Positions 31,712-41,271 of a stretch of 64,000 nt of DNA are shown one piece after another. This DNA comes from Myxococcota bacterium (GTDB lineage Bacteria; Myxococcota_A; UBA9160; UBA4427), in contig JAYZFK010000062.1 of the NCBI GenBank assembly GCA_036336835.1, positions 192,001 to 256,000 of the forward strand, given 5' to 3'. Under the pieces are notes generated by a model. That model was given only the letters and a program-made list of their open reading frames with translations. It was not told where the DNA came from and did no database searches. Numbering within the stretch: the stretch's first letter is position 1; each line of letters begins with the position of its first letter. Made by a program: the position numbers and the translations under genes.

Positions 31712-33195
31712 TGCTGGATCACTTCGCCGCGCTGCAGGTCGTCTTGCCGCTCCTCGCGAGCCCGCTCTGCGCTCTGATCCGCAACCGCCGAGCGGTTCAC
31801 GCCGTCTCTCTTCTCGTCACCTCGGCGACCTTTGCGATCGCGGTGCTGCTTGCCCTGCAGGTCGCCGACCGCGGCGCGTTCTCGTACGAGCTAGGGGGCT
31901 GGGCCGCTCCGATCGGCATCGAGTACCGCGTAGATGCCCTCACCGCGTTCGTCCTGCTGGTCGTATCGGGCATCGGTGCGTTGGTGATGTGGTATGCGCG
32001 CGAGAGTCTGGAAGTCGAGATCTCGTACCAGCGGTACTCCCTCTTCCACGTGATGTACCTGCTGGCCCTCGCGGGCCTGCTGGGCATCGTGATTACAGGA
32101 GACCTGTTCAACGTCTTCGTGTTCCTCGAGATCTCCGCGCTGTCGAGCTATGTGCTGATCAGCATGGGCCGTGATCGGCGAGCGCTGACCGCCGCCTACC
32201 AGTACCTGATCATGGGTACGATCGGCGCCACCTTCATCCTGATCGGCGTCGGCCTGATGTACATGATGACGGGCACGCTCAACATGACCGACATGGCGGT
32301 GCGTCTGCGCGAGGTGTCCGAGACACGCACGGTGCTCGCGGCCTTTGGCTTTCTCACGGTCGGGATCGGCCTCAAAATGGCGCTCTTCCCGTTTCATCTG
32401 TGGCTCCCGAACGCCTATACCTATGCTCCCTCGGTGGTGACCGCGTTCCTGGCGGGTACCGCCACCAAGGTCGCGGTCTATGTGCTCTTGCGCTTCTCGT
32501 TGACCGTCTACGGGGTCGACTTCTCGTTCAGCACGATGCCATTGTCCACGGTGCTGATGGCGCTGGCTCTTGCGGGCATGTTCTCCGCGTCGCTCGTGGC
32601 CGTCTTCCAGCAGGACGTCAAGCGTCTTCTGGCGTACTCGAGCGTTGCACAGATCGGTTACATGGTGCTCGGCGTGAGCTTTGCGTCGGTGACCGGCCTG
32701 ACGGGCGGCATCGTGCACCTGGCCAACCACGCGATGATGAAGTGCATGTTGTTCTGCGTGCTCGGCTGTGTCGTGGTGCGCATCGGCTCCACCCACATCG
32801 ACGATATGCGCGGCATCGCGAAGCAGATGCCGCTCACGATGGGCGCTTTCGTGGTTGGTGGCCTCGGCCTGATCGGCGTGCCTGCGACGGCCGGATTCAT
32901 CAGCAAGTGGTATCTGGTTCAGGCCGCGCTCCAGCAGGGCTATTGGCCGATCGCGGTCCTGATCCTCGCTAGCTCACTGCTGGCTGTGGTGTACGTGTGG
33001 CGGGTGATCGAGGTTGCCTATTTCGAGGAGCCGCCGCCGGGGCGCGGCGACGTCGAGGAGGCGCCGGTCTCGATGCTCGTTCCCAGCTGGCTGCTCGCCG
33101 TCGCCACGATCTACTTCGGGCTCGACAGCGAGCTGACGGCTGGCCTCGCCCGGCGAGCCGCGGAGGCGTTGCTCCTCGTGGGCGGTCCGGCGTGA
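31711..33195 (+). CDS. mrpD: Mrp antiporter subunit D (copy 1)
   Basis: GGWAAPIGI, TGDLFNVFVFLE, FPFHLWLP and KRLLAYSS motifs. Confidence 0.92.
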   Translation: MLDHFAALQVVLPLLASPLCALIRNRRAVHAVSLLVTSATFAIAVLLALQVADRGAFSYELGGWAAPIGIEYRVDALTAFVLLVVSGIGALVMWYARESLEVEISYQRYSLFHVMYLLALAGLLGIVITGDLFNVFVFLEISALSSYVLISMGRDRRALTAAYQYLIMGTIGATFILIGVGLMYMMTGTLNMTDMAVRLREVSETRTVLAAFGFLTVGIGLKMALFPFHLWLPNAYTYAPSVVTAFLAGTATKVAVYVLLRFSLTVYGVDFSFSTMPLSTVLMALALAGMFSASLVAVFQQDVKRLLAYSSVAQIGYMVLGVSFASVTGLTGGIVHLANHAMMKCMLFCVLGCVVVRIGSTHIDDMRGIAKQMPLTMGAFVVGGLGLIGVPATAGFISKWYLVQAALQQGYWPIAVLILASSLLAVVYVWRVIEVAYFEEPPPGRGDVEEAPVSMLVPSWLLAVATIYFGLDSELTAGLARRAAEALLLVGGPA

Positions 33196-34667
33196 TGGAG
33201 AGCAGCGCGCTACTCGCGATCGCGGTCGGTCTGCCGCTGGCCGGCGGACTGCCGGTCTCGTTGCTCGGCCGCTGGCCGAACGCCCGCGAGGCGGCGAGCC
33301 TGCTTACGGCCGGTGCGCTCTTCGCGGTCGTGATCGCCATCCTCCGGCGTCACCTCGCTGGCGAGCACCTCGAACTCGAGCTGTTCGAGATGATGCCGGG
33401 CATGCCGATCGCGTTCGAGGTCGAGCCCCTTGGCATGCTCTTCGCCCTGGTGGCCTCGGGCCTCTGGATCGTCACGACCGCCTATGCCATAGGCTACATG
33501 CGCGCTCACGACGAAACCGACCAGACCCGGTTCTTCGTCTGCTTTGCGGTCGCTATTGCTGCTGCGATCGGAGTCGCGCTGGCACGGAACCTGCTGACGC
33601 TCTTCGTCTTCTACGAAGCGTTGACACTCTCGACCTATCCGCTCGTGACCCACTCTCGGACCGAGGAGGCGCGCGAGTCCGGACGCGTCTATCTCGGCAT
33701 CCTGCTCACGACGTCCGTGCTCTTCCTGCTCCTGGCGATCCTGTGGACACAGCAGCTGGCGGGCACAGTCGAGTTCGAGCCCGGTGGCATCCTGCGCGGC
33801 CAGGTCGAGCCGATGATGGTTGGAATCCTGCTGGCACTGTTTGCCTTTGGTACCGGGAAGGCGGCGCTGATGCCCTTCCACCGCTGGCTGCCCGCCGCGA
33901 TGGTCGCTCCCACGCCCGTCAGTGCGCTGCTTCACGCCGTCGCGGTCGTCAAGGCAGGCGTCTTCAGCATTCTCAAGATCGTCATCTACATCTTCGGCAT
34001 CGATCTGCTCGCCGAGACCCGGATGAGCGAGTGGCTCGTGTACGTGGCGTCTTTCACCATTCTCGCCGCCTCGCTGATCGCGCTCACCAAAGACAACCTG
34101 AAGGCGAGGCTTGCGTATTCGACCATCAGCCAGCTCAGCTACATCGTGCTCGGTGCCGCGCTCGCCAGTAGCACCGGCGTGCTTGGAGGCAGCATGCACA
34201 TCGCGATGCACGCCGTCGGCAAGATCACGCTGTTCTTCGTGGCGGGGGCGATCATGGTGACGCTGCACAAGACAGAGGTCAGCCAGATGCGGGGGATCGG
34301 CCGACAGATGCCAGTGACGATGGCCTGTTTCGGGATCGCGGCCGTCAGCATCATCGGCTTGCCGCCGATGGGTGGAAGTTGGAGCAAGTGGTTCCTGCTG
34401 CTCGGCACGATCGACTCGGGCATGCTGCCCGTGGCCGCCGTGCTGATCGTCAGCTCGCTGCTCAGCATTGCCTACCTGATGCCCCTGGTGGCGCGTGCCT
34501 TCTTTGCGCCGCTTCCCGACCAGGGCGTCGGTGAGCAGCGGCCCGGCATTCGGGAGGCACCCCTGTTCTGTCTGATTCCGATCTGTCTCACTGCGCTCGG
34601 CAGTCCAGCGCTCTTCTTCTACGCGGATGACCTGTACGAGCTCTTGAAGCCGCTGGTGACGCCGTGA
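33195..34667 (+). CDS. mrpD: MrpD-family antiporter subunit (copy 2)
   Basis: WLPAAMVAPTPVSALLHAVAVVK and LKARLAYST motifs. Confidence 0.88.
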   Translation: MESSALLAIAVGLPLAGGLPVSLLGRWPNAREAASLLTAGALFAVVIAILRRHLAGEHLELELFEMMPGMPIAFEVEPLGMLFALVASGLWIVTTAYAIGYMRAHDETDQTRFFVCFAVAIAAAIGVALARNLLTLFVFYEALTLSTYPLVTHSRTEEARESGRVYLGILLTTSVLFLLLAILWTQQLAGTVEFEPGGILRGQVEPMMVGILLALFAFGTGKAALMPFHRWLPAAMVAPTPVSALLHAVAVVKAGVFSILKIVIYIFGIDLLAETRMSEWLVYVASFTILAASLIALTKDNLKARLAYSTISQLSYIVLGAALASSTGVLGGSMHIAMHAVGKITLFFVAGAIMVTLHKTEVSQMRGIGRQMPVTMACFGIAAVSIIGLPPMGGSWSKWFLLLGTIDSGMLPVAAVLIVSSLLSIAYLMPLVARAFFAPLPDQGVGEQRPGIREAPLFCLIPICLTALGSPALFFYADDLYELLKPLVTP

Positions 34668-34966
34668 CGATGCAGGAGACACCGGGCGGCGAGCCGCCGC
34701 GCTGGCTCGACGATTTCGAGAACGTCCGCAAGGTCTATCGCGGGCTGTGGATCGTGTGTCTGGTCGTGCTGTTCGGGGGCCAGGGGCTGCTGGCCTGGGC
34801 GCAGCGCCGCGCCACGGACGCCCACGCAGCGCATCACGGCTTCGGGTTCGAGCACTGGCCCGGCTTCTATGCCTTGTTCGGCTTCATTGCGTGTGTTGCG
34901 CTCGTGCTGGCAGCGAAGGAGCTGCGCAAGCTGATCATGCGCTCCGAGGACTACTATGGGGATTGA
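34664..34966 (+). CDS. Small membrane protein within the mrp operon
   Basis: Two TM segments, PGFYALFGF and MRSEDYYG; coupled to both neighbours. Confidence 0.75.
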   Translation: MTMQETPGGEPPRWLDDFENVRKVYRGLWIVCLVVLFGGQGLLAWAQRRATDAHAAHHGFGFEHWPGFYALFGFIACVALVLAAKELRKLIMRSEDYYGD

Positions 34967-36659
34967 GCAGATCCCTCCCGGTTGGATCATGATCCTCGGG
35001 GCTGCGCTGGTCCCGCTGCTGGCCGGGCGCCTCAAGCAGGCGTGGATGTTGTTCGTGCCAGCTGCGGGTCTCGCGCAGCTGGTGTTCCTGATCCCGGACG
35101 GGACCGGAATGGTCGCGTCCATCTTCGAGTACGACCTCACGATCGTGCGAGTCGATCCACTCGCCCGGCTGTGGGGCACAATCTTCTACATCGCTGCGTT
35201 CCTGGCGGCGCTGTACTCGCTGCAGCTCGACGATGACGTCCAGCAGGTTTCGGCGCTGCTGTACGCGGGAAGCGCGATTGGCGCGGTCTTCGCCGGCGAT
35301 TGGATCACGCTCTTCGTCTACTGGGAGCTGACCGCCATCACCTCGGTCTTCCTCGTCTGGGCATCGCGAACGGAGCGGTCCTATCACTCGGGAGTGCGGT
35401 ACCTGATCGTCCAGGTCGGGTCCGGCGTGCTGTTGCTTGCGGGCGTGGTTCTCCACGTGCACGACACCGGCTCGCTCGAATTCAGTGATCTGGGCGGTGT
35501 CACCGACCTGGCCACGGTCTTGATCTTTCTCGCGATCGGCATCAAGGCTGCCTTCCCCTTCCTGCACAACTGGCTTCCGGACGCCTATCCGGAGGCGACC
35601 GTCACGGGAACGGTGTGGTTGAGCACCTTCACCACCAAGCTGGCCATCTACGCGCTGGCGCGCAGCTTCCCCGGTGAGGATCTGCTGATCCCGATCGGCG
35701 TCGCAATGACGGCCTTCCCGATCTTCTTCGCCGTCATCGAGAACGATCTCAGACGCGTGCTGGCCTACAGCCTGAACAACCAGCTCGGCTTCATGGTCGT
35801 CGGCATCGGGATCGGTACCGCGGCGTCGATCAATGGCGCCGCGTGCCACGCCTTCGCCCACATCCTCTACAAGTCGCTGCTCTTCATGTCGATGGGCGCC
35901 GTGCTCTTCCGCACCGGGACCTGCAAGGGGTCCGAGCTGGGCGGCCTCTACAAATCGATGCCCTGGACCTGCGCCTTCTGCATCGTCGGCGCCGCGTCGA
36001 TCTCGGCGTTTCCACTGACTTCCGGCTTCGTCTCGAAGTCGATCATCCTGGCAGAAGCTTCGAGCGAGGGTCTGGCACTGACCTTCCTCGTCCTGCTCTT
36101 CGCCTCCGCCGGCGTGTTCCACCACTCGGGGATCAAGATCCCCTACTTCGCCTTCTTTGCACACGACTCGAAGATCCGCGTCAAGGAAGCGCCGCTCAAC
36201 ATGCTGATCGCCATGGGGATCGCCGCGGCGCTCTGCATCGGGATCGGTGTCTTTCCGGGTCTTCTCTATGCTCTGCTACCGAATCAGCCCGAGCACTTCG
36301 TGCCGTACACCGTGCCGCACGTGGTCACGCAGCTCCAGCTGCTCCTGTGGTCTGCGCTCGCATTCGGCGTTCTCAACTGGTACCGGATCTACCCGCCCGA
36401 ACTCCGGTCGACCAACCTCGACTTCGACTGGGTGTATCGCGCGGGAGCCCCCGCGGTCGTCGGTGCCTGTGGTCGCGCAATCCAGGCGCTGCAGACTGCG
36501 GTGCTCACGGCTACGCGAGCACGCATCGTCGGCACGATCGAGCGCGTCCATCGTTACCACGGTCCGCACGGTGTATTGGCACGCACCTCCCCGACTGGCA
36601 GCATGGCTCTCTGGGTCGCGGTCCTGCTCAGCGCCATCCTGGTGCTCTACTTCGTCTAG
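34956..36659 (+). CDS. mrpD: MrpD-family antiporter subunit (copy 3)
   Basis: HNWLPDAYP, FTTK, RRVLAYS and HILYKSLLFM motifs. Confidence 0.88.
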   Translation: MGIEQIPPGWIMILGAALVPLLAGRLKQAWMLFVPAAGLAQLVFLIPDGTGMVASIFEYDLTIVRVDPLARLWGTIFYIAAFLAALYSLQLDDDVQQVSALLYAGSAIGAVFAGDWITLFVYWELTAITSVFLVWASRTERSYHSGVRYLIVQVGSGVLLLAGVVLHVHDTGSLEFSDLGGVTDLATVLIFLAIGIKAAFPFLHNWLPDAYPEATVTGTVWLSTFTTKLAIYALARSFPGEDLLIPIGVAMTAFPIFFAVIENDLRRVLAYSLNNQLGFMVVGIGIGTAASINGAACHAFAHILYKSLLFMSMGAVLFRTGTCKGSELGGLYKSMPWTCAFCIVGAASISAFPLTSGFVSKSIILAEASSEGLALTFLVLLFASAGVFHHSGIKIPYFAFFAHDSKIRVKEAPLNMLIAMGIAAALCIGIGVFPGLLYALLPNQPEHFVPYTVPHVVTQLQLLLWSALAFGVLNWYRIYPPELRSTNLDFDWVYRAGAPAVVGACGRAIQALQTAVLTATRARIVGTIERVHRYHGPHGVLARTSPTGSMALWVAVLLSAILVLYFV

Positions 36660-36697
36660 AGAGGAGCGCCTTCCGCGGCACTGCCGCACACGGGGGA

Positions 36698-38164
36698 TCA
36701 TGCGTTGGCGGGTGAAACTGCGTAGTCCTCGAGTTTCGGGGCGGCCATCTCGGCGCGGAAGCGCGAGAAGGCGAAGGGCCAGGCGAATGGGATACCGCGG
36801 TCGTCGAGGTACCAGCTGCGGCAGCCGGTGGCCCAGACAGTCTTCTTCGCGGCGGCGACCCGTTCGTCCTCGAACCGCGCCGCTGCTTCCGCCGTCGGCA
36901 TGGCGGTCTCGAGTTCGCCCCGTTGCACCTGCTCGACGAGCTTGAGCATGTAGGCGAACTGCATCTCGGCCGTCTGTACCAGCGAGAAGTTGCCGACCGG
37001 ACTGTTCGGCCCGTTCAGCATGAAGAAGTTCGGGAAGCCCGCTACCGCCACGGACAGGTACGCCGACGGTCGAGCCTTCCAGACGTCGTCGAGCAGGACG
37101 CCGTTGCAGCCGACGATCTTCATCGGACGCATGAAGCGATCGACCTGAAAGCCGCTGGCGAGCACCAGGACGTCGATCTCGTGGAGCCGCCCGTCGCGCG
37201 TGCGAACGCCACGGGGCTCTATGCGCTCGATGCTCTCGGTGACCAGCTCCGTGTTGGGGTGCTGGATGGCGTCGTAGAAGTTGTGGGAGATCACCAGGCG
37301 CTTGCACGCAGCCCGGTAGTCGGGCCGGAGTTTCTCGCGCAGTACCGGATCGCTGATCTGCGTGTCGAGGTACTCGGTGCACACCTTCTCGATGTTGTCG
37401 ATCGCGGCCGAGTCGCCGTCGAGTACCGCCGTTGCGAAGCCGTCGTTGAAGTCGCGAGCGAGCTGGTCGTGGAGACTCTGGAGCATGTCCGCGTCGGTCC
37501 GGAACTCGGCCTTCTGGTCTTCGCTGTAGGCGGTCTGCTCGACCGGCACGACCCACTGCGCGGTGCGCTGGAACAGCGACAGCTTGCCCGCGCGGTGCGC
37601 GAGCGCGCCCGTGATCTGTACGCCGCTCGATCCGGTGCCCACGATGCCGACGCGCCGGCCGTCGACCGGCACGTCGTGGTCCCAGCGCGCGCTGTGGAAC
37701 ATCGACCCCTCGAAGCTCTCGAGGCCCTCGATCTCCGGAAATTTGGGATGGTGGAGGATGCCGGTCGCCGCGATCACCCAGTCGAAACGGTCGACGTAGC
37801 GGTCCGCCGTCTCGAGCTCCCAGCGCCCGTCCTGCCACTCGCAGCGCACGACGGGGTCGCCGAAACGCATCGAATCCTCGAGTTCGTGGCGCCGGCTGAC
37901 AGCCTCGAAGTAGGCCTGGATCTCGGCTCCCGGGGAGCTCATGTAGCTCCATTCCGGGTTCAGCTCGAAGGAATAGCAGTACAGATGCGACGGCACGTCG
38001 CAGGCGATGCCGGGGTAGGTGTTCTCCCGCCAGGTGCCTCCTACGCGGTCGGTCTTCTCGAACAGCGTGAAGTCGAAGCCGGCCTGCCGCAGCTTGATTG
38101 CGGCGAGGATGCCCGACATCCCTGCTCCGATGATCGCGAAGCGGGGTTCGCTGCGTGCCTGCAT
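36698..38164 (-). CDS. Baeyer-Villiger-type flavin-binding monooxygenase
   Basis: GAGMSG, GGTWRENTYPG, FEGSMFHSARW (FxGxxxHxxxW) and GTGSSG motifs. Confidence 0.92.
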   Translation of the reverse strand: MQARSEPRFAIIGAGMSGILAAIKLRQAGFDFTLFEKTDRVGGTWRENTYPGIACDVPSHLYCYSFELNPEWSYMSSPGAEIQAYFEAVSRRHELEDSMRFGDPVVRCEWQDGRWELETADRYVDRFDWVIAATGILHHPKFPEIEGLESFEGSMFHSARWDHDVPVDGRRVGIVGTGSSGVQITGALAHRAGKLSLFQRTAQWVVPVEQTAYSEDQKAEFRTDADMLQSLHDQLARDFNDGFATAVLDGDSAAIDNIEKVCTEYLDTQISDPVLREKLRPDYRAACKRLVISHNFYDAIQHPNTELVTESIERIEPRGVRTRDGRLHEIDVLVLASGFQVDRFMRPMKIVGCNGVLLDDVWKARPSAYLSVAVAGFPNFFMLNGPNSPVGNFSLVQTAEMQFAYMLKLVEQVQRGELETAMPTAEAAARFEDERVAAAKKTVWATGCRSWYLDDRGIPFAWPFAFSRFRAEMAAPKLEDYAVSPANA

Positions 38165-38263
38165 GGGATCCGTCCAATCTTGGGTCGCGGCATCATGCAC
38201 GAACCGATCCACCCTTGCACTACAATGGTCGTGCACGTGCCCGCAGGCAAAGGAGCCCAGCGC

Positions 38264-39556
38264 ATGGCCGATCCGCTCGCTGATCTAGACCGCTACCTGC
38301 TGATTACTTCCGACAGCCACGCGGGCTCGGATCCGGCCGGCTATGGGCCGTATCTCGAACAGAAGTGGCAGGGTGGCTTCGAGGACTGGCTGAAGCAATC
38401 CGAGCAGCTCGCTGCAATGATGCGTCAGGTGATGGGCGACCGGAGCATCGGCGTCGACGGCGACCCGGACATTGACGGCAACCGCAACTGGGACAGCGCG
38501 CGCCGGCTGCGCGAGACCGAAGCCGACGGTGTGGTCGCCGAGGTGATCTTCCCGAACACGTCTCCACCCTTCGCTCCGACCATGATGAGCGAGTTCGGCG
38601 AGGCGGAGGTCGGCGACGACTACGAGCGTCGCTGGGCCGGCATCCGCGCCCACAACCGCTGGCTGGCCGACTTCTGCCAGGAAGCCCCGGGCCGACGCGC
38701 CGGTATCGTGCAGATCTTCCTGCCGTTCGTCGAAGAATCGGTCGAGGAGATTCGGTGGGCGAAGGACCACGGGCTATTCGGTGGCGTACTGCTGCCCGGC
38801 GCGCCTCCTGGCTCCAAGCTCGAGCCGCTGTACTCGCCATGCTACGAGCCCATCTTTGCCGTGTGTGAAGAGCTGGGCATGCCGCTCAACCACCACACCG
38901 GCGGTGCCACGCCTGACTTCGGCATGTACCTTCCCCAGTCGCTTGCCATGTTCATGCTGGAGGTGTCGTGGTGGGCGCACCGATCGCTCTGGCACCTGAT
39001 GTTCAGCGGTGTGTTCGAACGGCACCCGAACCTGCAGTTCGTGCTCACCGAGTCCGGTGTTGGCTGGGCTCCGGGCGTGCTCAAGCAGCTGGATCACTTC
39101 TATGACCAGATGAAGTTCAATGACCAGTGCTCCGAGAGCATCTTCGGCGGCCCAACCGTCGCAAAGATGTCGCTGCGTCCCTCGGAGTACTTCGCACGCC
39201 AGTGTCACATCGGCGCGAGCTTCATGCCGCCGAAGGACTGCGCCCTGCGTCACTCGATCGGGGTCGATCGCATCATGTGGGGCAGCGACTACCCGCACGT
39301 CGAAGGCAGCTACCCCTATACGCGCGAGCACCTGCGGCTCACCTTCGAGGGGATCGATCCTGCCGAGATCCAGCAGCTGGTCGCGCGCAACGCGGCCACG
39401 CTCTACGGCTTCGATCTCGAGCGTCTCGCGCCGCTGGCGGCAAAGGTCGGTCCGACGAAGGCTGAGATCGGGCAGCCGCTCTCGTACAGCGACGTCCCCG
39501 AGAGGGCACTCAAGTGCCCAGCCTTCGCACCGGACAGCCAGCTGCGCGCCCCCTAG
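38264..39556 (+). CDS. Amidohydrolase_2-family protein
   Basis: ITSDSHAG, EVIFPN, NHHTG, VLTESG and WGSDYPHVEG motifs. Confidence 0.88.
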   Translation: MADPLADLDRYLLITSDSHAGSDPAGYGPYLEQKWQGGFEDWLKQSEQLAAMMRQVMGDRSIGVDGDPDIDGNRNWDSARRLRETEADGVVAEVIFPNTSPPFAPTMMSEFGEAEVGDDYERRWAGIRAHNRWLADFCQEAPGRRAGIVQIFLPFVEESVEEIRWAKDHGLFGGVLLPGAPPGSKLEPLYSPCYEPIFAVCEELGMPLNHHTGGATPDFGMYLPQSLAMFMLEVSWWAHRSLWHLMFSGVFERHPNLQFVLTESGVGWAPGVLKQLDHFYDQMKFNDQCSESIFGGPTVAKMSLRPSEYFARQCHIGASFMPPKDCALRHSIGVDRIMWGSDYPHVEGSYPYTREHLRLTFEGIDPAEIQQLVARNAATLYGFDLERLAPLAAKVGPTKAEIGQPLSYSDVPERALKCPAFAPDSQLRAP

Positions 39557-39575
39557 GCCCGCGCCGCCGCTGGGC

Positions 39576-40502
39576 TCAGGCTCCTGCTGCCTCGCCGATT
39601 CGTCGCTTTGCCTCGAGCAGCAGGTCTCCGGGGAGGGGTCCCTGCTTGGCGACTTCGACGTTGGCCGCGAGATGCGCGGGATTCGCGGTGCCCACGATCG
39701 TCGTGTGAAGATCGGGGTGACCGAGCACGAAGCGCATCGTGAACTCCATGCGCGGCATCCCGTCGAGCAACTCGTCCAGCTTTGCGCGGGCCCACAGGTC
39801 GCGTTTTTCGGTCACGAAAGCGCGCCAGAAGCCGTGCTCCTCGTCACCGCGGTCGCGCGCTGGCGCACCTCGGGCCACTCCGCCGCGAATGATCGTTCCA
39901 GCGCCTGCCTGTGCGGCCCGGGTAATCACGGCTTCGTGCTCCGGCTGCAACAAGGAGTACGGAATCTGGAACACGTCGAAGACACCCATTTCGATGTGGT
40001 CGAGCAGATCGGGCAAGACGCTCGACATGCCGAGGAATCGCACCTTGCCTTGCTGGCGCAGCTCTTCCATCGCCTCGATGGTGCCGTGCTCTTCGAGCAC
40101 CGCGCGCGAAGGGCTCGAGTGCACCTGCACCAGATCGAGGTGATCCGTCTTCATGCGGCGCAGGCTCTGCTCGACACCCGCGCGCACGTTCTCGCCGCTG
40201 AAGTCGTGCTCGAGCTTCCCGTCCTTGAAGGCGGGCTCGCGCCCGACCAGACAGGCGCACTTGCTCGCGAGGAAGAACTCTTCACGGCGATGCGCCAGAT
40301 GCCTGCCGATCAGCTCCTCGGATACGCCGTAGTCCGGGGCGGTGTCGATCAGATTGATACCCGCATCGAGGACCGAGCCAAGCAGCCTTTCGGCCTCCTT
40401 GTCCTCGAGCGGACCGCCGAAGCCGGCCAGCTCCATGGCGCCAAAGCCGAGGCGGGTGGTCTCGAAGCCGGTGCGGCCAAGTCTGGCGGTGGGCTGAGAC
40501 AT
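39576..40502 (-). CDS. Aldo/keto reductase
   Basis: LGFGAM, IDTAPDYG, LASK, DLVQVH and GKVRFLGMS motifs. Confidence 0.92.
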   Translation of the reverse strand: MSQPTARLGRTGFETTRLGFGAMELAGFGGPLEDKEAERLLGSVLDAGINLIDTAPDYGVSEELIGRHLAHRREEFFLASKCACLVGREPAFKDGKLEHDFSGENVRAGVEQSLRRMKTDHLDLVQVHSSPSRAVLEEHGTIEAMEELRQQGKVRFLGMSSVLPDLLDHIEMGVFDVFQIPYSLLQPEHEAVITRAAQAGAGTIIRGGVARGAPARDRGDEEHGFWRAFVTEKRDLWARAKLDELLDGMPRMEFTMRFVLGHPDLHTTIVGTANPAHLAANVEVAKQGPLPGDLLLEAKRRIGEAAGA

Positions 40503-40572
40503 CGCGCGCTCCTCTGCCGTATCAGTGCCGCATCATGCACGAGTGTTAGCCGGCGCGCAGCACGCAAGTTGC

Positions 40573-41271
40573 TCAAGCTGCGATCACCGCGATCGTCGCG
40601 CCGAGCAACAGCGCACCGTCCACGACTACCAGCCCGTAGCGCTCGGGATCGCCTGGACGAGCGGCGAGCCCGGCGACGGCGAAGAGCTCGAGGAGCGGGA
40701 TCGGCAGCAGGCGGGTGCTCCCCATTGCGAGTGCCGCAAGTACAGCGGCGGCGCAGGCCGCCGTCGCCGTGAGCACGGAGGCCCGCGAGGAGACCAGAGC
40801 CGCGCCGCTCTCGCGATCGCGCAGATTCGACGCGATCAGGTTGCCCGCGATCGCGAGCCCGATCACCACTGTCGCCGCGGCCGCATCGCGGGGTGCTGCG
40901 CCCGTCGAGGCAACCGGCAGCCCGATGCACACCACCAGCCAGGCGAAGGTCACGTACGCGGTCTTCAGGATGGGAATGTGCTTGAGCCGACGGTGCAGCA
41001 GGCCCAGCACTCCTGCGAGTGCACACACGGCCCAGACCGGCGGAGGGAGCCGGAGCGCCGCGAAGGCACTCACGGCGCCGGCGAGCCCACACAGTACGAC
41101 CAGCGAAGGCCGATGCTGCCCGACGAAGGCCGTCCGCGCCGGGGTGGTCTGGCGATCCCGCTCTAGATCGCGCAGCCGGTCGACCCCGTAGACCAGGAGC
41201 GTGCCCGAGAAGCCGAGCGCAGCGGCTTCGATCGGCAGCGAAATGCCGAGGGTCGCGCTGGTGGCGTACAT
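40573..41271 (-). CDS. UbiA-prenyltransferase-like membrane protein (start uncertain)
   Basis: Multiple TM helices, VYGVDRLRD and NLRD motifs; TGATG coupling at 41271, but the frame is open and hydrophobic further upstream. Confidence 0.6.
   Translation of the reverse strand: MYATSATLGISLPIEAAALGFSGTLLVYGVDRLRDLERDRQTTPARTAFVGQHRPSLVVLCGLAGAVSAFAALRLPPPVWAVCALAGVLGLLHRRLKHIPILKTAYVTFAWLVVCIGLPVASTGAAPRDAAAATVVIGLAIAGNLIASNLRDRESGAALVSSRASVLTATAACAAAVLAALAMGSTRLLPIPLLELFAVAGLAARPGDPERYGLVVVDGALLLGATIAVIAA

Noticed and set aside
36923..38263. N-terminal half of the 877-aa ORF
   Set aside because: It is antisense to the BVMO gene; the amidohydrolase starts at 38264 after an AGGAG RBS
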